DNA from: the human T2T-CHM13v2.0 reference genome, Homo sapiens
Length of the DNA stretch: 64,000 nt
Assembly (NCBI RefSeq): GCF_009914755.1
Contig: NC_060941.1
Direction: 5' to 3' (one strand)
This document shows, piece by piece, positions 46,253-64,000 of the stretch (positions are counted from its first letter, which is position 1; every line of letters starts with the position of its first letter). The position numbers and the translations under genes are program-made. Below the pieces are notes generated by a model. It made no database searches and had not been told where the DNA came from. It was given only the letters and a program-made list of their open reading frames with translations.

Positions 46253-46400
46253 TTGCTGAGATCAACACAACATTTTGCAAGCAGGTATTTGCATTGCGGT
46301 GTAGTACAACTGTGTCCTTTCAAGAGTCTATATGCTTTATATGCCTTTCCTGAGCGGTAATAACAGGTTGCCAGTAAAAACAAGGCTTCTTCTGAGTGTA
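46253..46400 (-). CDS. CDC27: CDC27 exon 3 (VHSEEALFLLATCYY...CVDLSK)
   Basis: ttttag|TACAC...AGCAA|gtaagt; 148 nt; continues the frame. Confidence 0.97.
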
Positions 46401-47257
46401 CTAAAAACAGACATTTTTTAAAAAGGCTATTGTTCAGTATATTGAATGATAATCAGTTTATCATGCAATAAACAAGTTTAGCAAAAAAAAAAATTAGGCT
46501 TGCTATTTTAACACAAAACAATCACTTATTAATTCAAATTTGAATTATGGAGAAACGGTTTGCTTATAGCAAAGTCAGTTCCTTAGATCTTGATTACTTT
46601 TCTCTATAAGAAACCAAGGAAATAATACAATGAAGACAATCATGGTATTCTCTGTAAATATTTAAGAAAAGCATACACACACAGAAACACCCCTGCCTTT
46701 AAACAGACTACCAGTAAAGGATCTTGTTTTTAGGTAATATTTTTCTAATAAATCTTTCGGGAGGATAGAAGTCAAATTTCATTAGCAAGAGAAACCTGAG
46801 TGTAAATAAATCTAACTACCAATATGAAATAATTTCTATATTTTAAAAAGACCAGATTGAAAAAAATCCACTTGTTTTGCTTTAACATCAAATATACATT
46901 AAATTATATTTAAGATAAATTATAAATTGTGAATGCTCACACCATTTTAACATTCAGTTGACAGACTATAGTAACAATAATTAAATTACATTACAATAGC
47001 AAGAGCTGAGTTATCTATCAATCTGTCCCTCCTTTTTACATTAGGAAATGCCCCCTGCCTTCTTAATGCAAGTGGCATTTTTCACCCTTATTTAGTCTAT
47101 GTCTCTACTAAACTGATCATCACTTCACTTCTATCCCCACAATCCAGGGTCTACAGAGGCAACAACAAAGAGGATGGAAAGAGAGGGAAAACCACAAAAC
47201 TGTGCTTCTAAAAATGGGTTATGCAATAATACCAGTGAGCTGAAGGATCTTCTAAGC

Positions 47258-47444
47258 CAGTGGTTCTCAAAGTGTGGTCCTTGTACCAGTATCAGCATAA
47301 CTTGGAAACTTGCTAGAAATGAAAATTTTTGTGTCCCATCTCATACCCACTAAATTAGTAATTCTGGGAGTAGGAACCAGTAATCTACGTGGTTAACAAA
47401 CTCTGCAAGTGATTCTGTGGCATTCTCAAGTTTGAGAACCACTG
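47258..47444. mobile_element. MER5A (hAT-Charlie) MITE
   Basis: 14-bp terminal inverted repeats cagtggttctcaaa / tttgagaaccactg; 187 bp. Confidence 0.88.
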
Positions 47445-48145
47445 TTGTAAAGTACAAGACAAACTTGCCACATCTTTTTAAATAGTTAACATCATTCTAA
47501 GAGTTTGGATAAAAAAGTAATTTGAAATTTTATTTCTAAGTTTTTTGTCACAGATATGTGCAAGCAAAAACCAACAGAACCCTTCTTCTCTGGTCCATCT
47601 TATGGTTTTTTATGAAACCACAGTGTAAAAAATAATAAATAGTAAATGATAAGAAATTTTGGCAGATGTGTTTTAATGAGATGTATAGTAGTATTAGTGC
47701 TGCAGCTACAAAAAAAAAAAAAGAATGGGGCGCTCACTGCAGTAGGAATAAACTATTAATTTTACTGAGCTACAACTTCTAATTTACATAAGTTAGAAAG
47801 TTTGATTTCCTCTAGATTTTACAATGGTCTGGTTTCTTTTCACCTTATAAGTTTTTAAAAACTATTGATTATACCAATAAACAATGGCTCCCACAAACTA
47901 ATTTAACTCCCAGTCACAGTAATGCTGTCTCAATTGTTTACAAATATTTGATTATGTGTAGGTCCACTTTCACTGCAATAAAATTGCCTAATAAAGACAC
48001 CAACTATTCTTTTTGTGTGTACATGTGGTGTGTAATTTTAGTGTAATACTGCAATTAGCTTTTTGAAGCATAGTAACTTAAAAATTATATGTTCAAATGG
48101 GAATACGGATTGGTGATTTAGGCAAAACTTAAAAATAATGAAACT

Positions 48146-55713
<7,568 letters not shown>

Positions 55714-55906
55714 TCAATTCTACATAGTTATTAAAAGTAGTATGTAAGGGAACTACACAGAAAAAAAGTAAAGATTTTATGAACTAGTGTCAATCAGAAA
55801 AACAACAAGATGATGATAGCTAGAATCTTGTTACAGTGATAAAAAGTTATGGAATTTCATATATGTTATTCATTTATCATTCTACAGCAATGAATAGATT
55901 TCAAAC

Positions 55907-55982
55907 CTTCTGCATAAAGGCGTTCTGCGAGGAAAACCGCATCTCGGTAAGCATAGTGGTTTAGTGCTTGCCATATAGCAGC
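55907..55982 (-). CDS. CDC27: CDC27 exon 2 (AAIWQALNHYAYRDAVFLAERLYAE)
   Basis: ttgcag|GCT...GAAG|gtttga; 76 nt; peptide is inside ORF 55866..56111. Confidence 0.97.
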
Positions 55983-56619
55983 CTGCAAATGGAGGAAAAA
56001 GAACATAAATATACATACATACAGACTTTCAAGGTAACTACTAGCACACAGCCTTACATCAAATACTGAAATTAATATCCCTAATTTAAGTGATAAAACC
56101 CCAATGCCCACAGAGCAAACTCCAGAGTGTGCCGGGCAAGGCTCTTCACAGTATGGCTCCTAACATATCTGAATTTCCTCACTCAACTCTCTATGGACTT
56201 TTAGGCTTCTGTGCCTTTGTACACCCTTTTCCTCCATTGGGCAATGTGGGCTCCCCTCACCAGTCTCCCCTTATAAACTGCTCGTCCCTAAAGATCCAGC
56301 TTAAATAACATCTGCCCCATAAAGCTTTCCTGGCTGATGTCAAGCCATTTCTTTTTTAAGATACCTCTTCTAGTAGAGCACTCATAACATGGTTATTTGT
56401 TAACAGGACTGCCAACCCTACTAAACTACAGACTTTTAGCAGCAGTGGTTCTCAACCACTTTATGTGATATACATGACAGAGATATTAAAATGTATGTCA
56501 TCCTCCCACAAAAACTTCCCTATCTATTACCTTTAATGCCACTCAATTCTCATCCACTCCAGGAAGCATATTGGAATGCAAATGAGTAAAGTTATCATAG
56601 GAATAACTTTTAATTTTTT

Positions 56620-57480
56620 GAATATATGTTTTCTCTTTTAGAATTACAAAACATATAACCTAAAGTATATATGAGATAGAAGGACATTTTAAGTAACAAT
56701 AACCAAAGACATTTAGGCCCATGTACTCACCACCCAGCTTAAGAAATAAAATATCTCTGAAACTCCCTGTGTGTTCCTTGTTGATACCAAAACCTCTCCC
56801 TGCCCCAAAGAGGAAACCACCACACTGAATTTTCTTGACCTTTCTCTTGGTTTTCTTCACAATTTTATACATTTGTACATATCATCTCTAAGCAGTATAA
56901 CATTTACTTTTTCCTGTTTTTGAACTTTAAATAAATACAATCATATTGTATACATTCTGCTACGATTTGCTTTTGAAATCCAATGTTTTGAAAATTCATT
57001 CTTGATGTGTGTAGCTAGAGTTCATTTGTTTTCATTGCTGAATAAATAATATTTCCATTGTATAAACATATCAAAATCCAAAATGTATTTTATCTATTTT
57101 ACAGCATGTGGACATTTGGGTTATTTCTAGGGTGTTTTTTTGTTTTGTTTTGTTTTTCCAATTATAACAATGCTGCAACAGTCTTAGATTCATCTCCTGG
57201 GGTATATATTTAAGAATCTCTCCAGCCTATCACGGTGGTGTGAGCCTTTAGTCCCAGCGACTCAGAAGGCTGAGCTGGGAAGACTGCTTGAGTCCAGGAG
57301 TTCAAGGCTATGATCATACCTGTGAATAGCTGCTGGAGTGCAATAGGAGCAAGACTCCCATCAAAAAAACACAAAAAAGAATCTCTCCAAATTAGGATAT
57401 ATATTTAGGAATAAAATTACTGGGTTGTTGAATATGCATATGTTCATCTTTACTAGGTAATGTCAAATCATTTTTAGTAA
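56620..57480 (-). mobile_element. L1ME-like 3' fragment with an Alu piece
   Basis: ggacatttgggttatttc, ataacaatgctgc, aattactgggt motifs. Confidence 0.6.
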
Positions 57481-59491
57481 TAAACTACTTTTGAGATATC
57501 TCACACCTGATCATGATACAAGCGTTATTTTTTATTTTTAGCACATACACCAGCTTATAATTTGTTGAATGATTTAAAAAGGTTACAACGGAAACCAGTA
57601 AAATCTGGTTACTGATCACTAGCTAACATTGTACCAGTACATCTAAATTATATTAAGTGATTAATATGCCTTAGATACAGTAAAGGCTCAACAAATTTTG
57701 TTGAACAAACAAGTAAATGTTTAATAATTCTGCAATGAGTATATTAATTATAATTTTAAAAATAAAAGTAGTAAATGACTTAGCCCTTTCTATTTCCTCA
57801 AGAAAGAACAGTAATGAACTTAGTTTGGGATCTCCAGAGCCTCTTGTTTAACCTTTGTTTATATAGCTTAAATTTTATAAAGTCTCAAAGATGTCTAATT
57901 TTACCATTCCTATCTAGATACAAGGAAAAAGATGAGATTAGGCACCATTATTATACACTCTAATTGCACCAAGTACCTTTCCTTTGTAATACTTCCCACT
58001 GCTATAATTCTGTATTAATTTAGGAGAGTATTTGAGTGATGTTTTCCTTACTATATTACAAACTCCACAAGGTAGGGGCTACGTCTGTTTTTGCTCATTA
58101 TTATACTCCCAGTATCCATTATGTGCTTTTAAAGCAGGTGCTTATATGTTGAATGAATAAGCAAATGATCTTTAATTTCTAGCAGTCTTCCACTGTTGAC
58201 ACTCTTGTACGTTAGTCTTAGCATTAAGTTTCTTTGTATTCCTAGATGTATATCTAATAATAAAGAATCTCTGGGAGTCTCTATTGAAAGAAACTCTGTG
58301 ATAAATAGAAGAATTATTTTATTATGCAAATAATTACCACCAAATTACTCCTTTATGAAATCTGGGATTTCCTAAGAACCTACATGTTTAATTTTGCTGT
58401 AAGTGAAAGAAAATGGTGAGTAGAATGAAGATACCAAAGATTTGATGTTTGGAGACGTGCTCAAATTTGTGTGCCAGCACTTCCAGTAGTGGGACTTTGT
58501 GGGAAATACTCAACTTTTCTCAGCCTCAATCTCTTCATCTGATAAATGGAGTTTATTTATTGGAGTTGTTTTGTGGATTAAATGAAATGATCCATTTATA
58601 ATGCTCCTAGTATACTATCATACATTAAGCACTTGGAAAACCTTTTCCTTGCCAATCTCTTAATATAAAGAAATTCAATAAATATGTAGTTTCTGTTGCA
58701 TAACATCTCCCCAGCATACCTGCTACAACTGCTTATTTTGCAATATATAAGCCACAAAAGACTCAAATGATTTACCAGCTATTTTACTACTATGGACCAC
58801 TAGGAAAATTTCACACACATATACTAAAGTCAAAAAGTCCTAGAGCTTTGAAATTTTTTCTGTCCTTTTAAAATTAAAGAAATAAGAGGCAAGGGCGGGG
58901 GGAAAAAAGAAGGAAAAAAGGTATCATATTCAAAAGTTGTATCCATTTCTGACTTAAAATCAAGCTTTGCTCAGAACATCATTCCCTTATCACCAGTTCT
59001 TAAGAGCATCAGAAAAAACTTGCCATCTCGAGAATCTCACATACTGCTTCCATCCCGCTTTGCTCAATCAATTCTAAGTTCCTGACTAACAGTGTCTCTT
59101 GTGCCGGGATTGGGGGGAAGAACAGATTATTCTCTAAGGCACTACAGATTAGTAGCTGATGATGAACAGGGCTAAAATCAGCACCTCTGCCCAACTGATG
59201 GTGTGGGCCTTCCCTTAAAAGAACACCCAGTGCATTACCGCTAGAGTTCTACAAATTAAAGCCAGATGAACGAAATGCTGCTAAAAGAAAGTTATGAAGC
59301 CAAAAAGAACAACGCTCCTCTCCCTCTCCCCTAAAAAATGTTTAAGAGAAATCTGACTGATTAATGGGTTAGTCCCCAGGTGCACTAATTTAAAAGATAA
59401 ATAAACCAACAGCTTAAAGTTGCAAAATTCCTTACCAGCTAGCTATTCTTAAATATAAAATATTATTTAAAATATAAACAAACCTCTATAA

Positions 59492-59827
<336 letters not shown>

Positions 59828-60194
59828 TGTAATCATTATAAATTTTTTGTTAGAGAAAGCTTATTACAAAAAATTTGTTTACTTGTTTTTGTTAAATTTT
59901 TTATACATTTTGTGTTCTTGTTTTTGTCAAAAAAGCTGTCTTTATTTTATTTTATTTGTTGGTCTTGAACTCCTTGGCTCAAGTGATCTGTCTGCCTCAG
60001 CCTCTGAAAGTGCTGGGATTACAAGCGTGAGCCACTGTGCCCAGTCAGCTGCCCTTTTTTAAAAACCATAAAATAAATGGATAATAAAGGCTTCAGACAA
60101 TGTAAGAAGATACAAAGAAAAAAATCACTGTTGAAATTTCATATTATACATTATAATTGAATTTCTAGGATACTGATTTAGTTTAGATGCACGT

Positions 60195-60407
60195 CAGTGG
60201 TTCTTACTCTGGGCAATTTTGCCTTCTTACTCCCAATTAATGCCCCAACATTTAGCAATGTCTAGAGGGTATTTTTGGTTGTCACAAATGGAGGGGTCAT
60301 CCAGTGGTTAGAAGCCAGGGATGCTACAAAACATTCTACAATGCACAGCTTCCAACAAAGTATTAGCTTGCCCCAAATGTCAATAGTGCTCAGATTAAGC
60401 AGCCCTG
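60195..60407. mobile_element. MER20 DNA transposon
   Basis: cagtggttct...tttttggttgtcacaa...gccagggatgct...ccccaaatgtcaatagtgc. Confidence 0.8.
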
Positions 60408-61525
60408 GTCTACATGATCATGCAGTTGGATTATTCTACTAGTCTGTATGTCTAACTCTTGTCTCTTCCTCCCTTTCCAACAGCACCAGATAAATATTCC
60501 CAAAGTGGTGCTTTTATTACATAATTCCTCTGCTCAAAAACTCTTCTGCTCATATAATGGTTATTCATTACCAATGCACATTAAATCTAAATTTCTCATT
60601 GAGTAGCCAAAATATGTTACTCTTTGAATCCATGTTAGATGCTGTCCCTGAACATTTTATCCCCAGCCAAGAGTACTCCTTCACCATCTAATGATCTCTA
60701 AAACAGTATCATGTATATAGTACCCAATTGCTATATTGCTTATTAAATTAATTTTCGAAAGGCTTATTTACAACTTCATCCAACACTTCTGTGAAGTCTT
60801 ACCCCTAGGAATAATTGCTAAATCTATATAAAATCTCTTTGCTTCTTTTTTAAAAACCAATTTCACCAGGTGACTTTTATAAATATTCAAAAAGCTCTCA
60901 CTGAAGTCACTTAGGCTAGTGTGTCTTTCCAAATAGTTACCATTAAAAATAAAAGAACTGACAGAAATTCTGCCTCATATGTGAGACTTTTGTAAGGACT
61001 CAAATATAAAGTAATACTCTTCTGAGAGGTAGTAATTTGAGACGGAGTTTTAATTTAGGCATATATGGTATATCGGACTGGCCATTCTACATTAAAACTT
61101 TAAAGAAAAAAAATGCAGAAAACAGTTCTTCATATTTTCTGTGAACTTTTTCCTATGCCTAGTAATACCATCAACTCTGAGGCATTCCAAGAAAGAACAA
61201 TTTTCCAACTTACTCTCATTGCTTTCCAAATACACGCAATCTGTCATCATAGTTTTTTTTTTAATAAAGACAGTATCTTATATATCTGTCCTATTTTTAT
61301 TCTCTTCCTAATTCTTTCCCATTTGCAGCACTATCCCTGATCATTGATCTTTATCATTGTAGCCAAAGTTGCTTGTTCTTCTCACTGTTCCAAATCCATT
61401 CTTGAATGGCTTCTTATACTATACAACCAAAATTTTCACCTAGTCATATCCTAAAACTTTCTACCACTATCTCAAAAATCTAATGGACAATGCTGCTATG
61501 AAAAAGAAGCAAATTTGACATTTAA

Positions 61526-61958
<433 letters not shown>

Positions 61959-63490
61959 TAAAGTCTGAAATTATTATTAAATGGTGGTTATAGTCTATCA
62001 ATGCAACTAGTTTATCACTTTAGAAGACTTCTGGGGCCAGAGAAGGCAAAAAAAAAAAAATCATTAACTATTAAAACAAAATTATAAGAATATGCAACAG
62101 AAATTAAATAACTTGAGTAATCTGCTTATCTATTTAAGTTCATGTTAGGCCTTAAAAAATTATATATATATAATTACCTCATCTACAGCCAGAATAAAAA
62201 AAAAATCTTAAAAGAAACTATACTGGTAAAAAGAATTTGGATGGAAATAGCTCTAGAAAAACTAATACAACTTACAGACAGGTAAATTTCATAAGATATA
62301 ATCTTACGTTTTATTAATTCAAACACTAATAGCTGCTATATGTAAACAGCTGGAGAAAAAAACCAAACTAGAAGAAATGAGTATTTCATGCTGTTTAGAA
62401 AAATGAAATAAATATGAAAGTAGTGATATATTAAAATATTTACTGTTTGATACCTCAAGCCTTTTAAGGGCAATATGAAGGAATTTCTAAAAATCAGTTT
62501 GCTTTATAACTTCAAAATAAAGTCCATGACTCAATGACAGCAGTTGATAGAGGTCAATTCTGATCAAGTTAAAGATCATATAGTGGGATGAAGTCTCCCA
62601 GACCTGGTCCATTACCAAGGCACAAAAGATACAGTTTCTCCAGATGTCAGGGGGGAAAATGACTTGGCACCGCATCACACACTTAAAATCCAATAGGGTT
62701 CCTTTAATGCAACACAGCACTGTGCGTCAAAGCATACCCTGGTGTAAAGGCAGTGAAATGGACAGAAACACCATTATTTGTGTTTCATTTCCTGAATGCC
62801 TTATAAACATGCACAACAAAATGCTCCTGATCCCCATCAGAGAGGATGAAAACAACCCAAATGTGCCCTTTCCACCTCCTCCCCTGGTATTGGTGCTTGC
62901 GCCTCAGCACTGAGGCTTGGAGTTGTCTTCTCAAACCATCATTGTCCGGTGGGAAATTCACCGAGAAAGGAAACGTGGGATAGGAAGTCTGTTACCAAAA
63001 TAGAAATTAGTATTAAAAAGACCGATCCTACGCTCCCTCCACCCTCTCATACAAGACAAAATAAAAAAAACCTCCGTAAACTTGCCCTACCGTCACGAAG
63101 ATCACACAAGCTCCGATCAAATGTGCTTCTCGATCATCTTTTAGGCAAGAGAGCGCTTGGGGTGCATTTTCGGCCCCTCATCTCCCACCCCCAGTCAAGC
63201 CAGGCCCCTGGACTGACAGGAAAGGCTGGCCGGACGTTGGCTCGGACGGGAAAGGCGGTTATTTTCGCCGAAGCCGCTCACGCTAAGGGTGAAGTAATGT
63301 AGGGCCAGAGGTAACACGGCTTAGGCTGTGGGCAAGGCCTCCGAACTGACTAAAGATAGGCAGGACACGGCAGCAGGGGAGGCGGGAGAAGCAGCCGGGC
63401 CTAGGCCGCACCAGGCCGCGGAGTGGCCCTACGCTGCTGCTTCCCGACCGAGGCTGCCAGCCAAGCCCCAGAGAAGAAGGTTATCATTAC

Positions 63491-63517
63491 CTGGACGGGT
63501 TCCTGCAGCACCGTCAT
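63491..63517 (-). CDS. CDC27: CDC27 coding exon 1 (MTVLQEPVQ)
   Basis: Minus strand reads aggATGACGGTGCTGCAGGAACCCGTCCAG|gtaatg; 27 nt; matches the recalled N-terminus of human CDC27; lies in the CpG island. Confidence 0.98.
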
Positions 63518-63526
63518 CCTCGAGGC

Positions 63527-63595
63527 TCAGGCCCACTTTCTGCAGTGCCTCAGGCCCCCCCTGTAGCGGCTCCGGCCCGGCCAGCCCCTGCTCAT
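63527..63595 (-). other. Upstream ORF MSRGWPGRSRYRGGLRHCRKWA*, in frame with the main ATG
   Basis: ATG at 63595, TGA ending at 63527, 9 nt before the CDS ATG; requires a TSS upstream of 63595. Confidence 0.6.
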
Positions 63596-64000
63596 TTAAA
63601 CTCACCAGCGACCGTTACCGGGGGATGGGGGAGGCCGAGCGATTGCCGAGTGCTTCCGAGCGGGACACGGGAATACCCGAAGTGGAGAAAGCCGAGCGGG
63701 AACCAGACGGAAAAGCCCGAAGGGAGTCGGAAATACCCGAGGTTGGTCGACGAGAGAGAAAACCGTTGCCGGAAATTGTCGAAGATTACCGGAAGCTACC
63801 GAGTCTGACCCAAAGCGTAGGTTTCTCTTCTCAGCCACGCCTTCAGCCACGCACACCACGCCCAATCGGCCGTCCCAGGGTTGGGCTACGCCAAATCTGC
63901 AACCAGCAGGCTGGGCGTGGCGTGACAGCGCGGGCGGGTAGCGTTACGTGGCGGGGCTGCAGTGTGGATTAGCCCCTCAGCCCTTTTGGATTAATTGGTG

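Larger units (their letters stand above)
63100..64000 (-). promoter_or_regulatory. CDC27: CpG island, CDC27 promoter and 5' UTR
   Basis: Abrupt switch to GC- and CpG-rich sequence; ETS-type CCGGAA at 63769 and 63789, CCAAT at 63862-63866, GGGCGTGG (Sp/KLF) at 63913-63920; no obvious TATA box. Confidence 0.9.

Noticed and set aside
59155-59200. TGATGA...CTGA resembling C/D snoRNA boxes
   Set aside because: Too short, antisense to the host gene, no terminal stem
63595-63600. TTTAAA as a CHR cell-cycle element
   Set aside because: A single 6-mer variant with no clear adjacent CDE; cannot be supported from sequence alone
63328-63972. 214-aa plus-strand ORF across the promoter
   Set aside because: GTG start, GC-rich CpG-island sequence that is naturally poor in stops, antisense to exon 1, no recognisable domain

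Overview
Primate, almost certainly human, genomic DNA holding most of CDC27 (APC3, the TPR subunit of the APC/C) on the minus strand. A CpG-island promoter and exon 1 lie at the right end (ATG at 63517). Coding exons 1-16 run leftwards to 2917. All have GT-AG boundaries and splice in frame to 2160 nt (720 codons); the remaining 3' exons are left of the window. The introns are packed with Alus (about 60 copies or fragments), old L1/L2/MIR remnants, LTRs (MER21, MLT1, MLT2), DNA transposons (MER5A, MER20, Tigger-type), microsatellites and a processed RPS2 pseudogene. Nearly all ORFs in the supplied track are Alu or low-complexity artefacts. I see no new protein-coding system. The best leads are regulatory: (1) a helically phased array of five DEAF1/SAND-type double-CpG sites in the promoter; (2) a 22-codon uORF in frame with the main ATG; (3) a candidate intronic poly(A) terminal exon in intron 14 followed by a (UCA)14 YCAY cluster; (4) a (GGAA)17 microsatellite; (5) a polyadenylated, apparently L1-retroposed MLT2A fragment; (6) a near-pristine AluYg6-like insertion. 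Repeat-family and gene calls come from recalled consensus sequences, not from database searches, and repeat boundaries are approximate.
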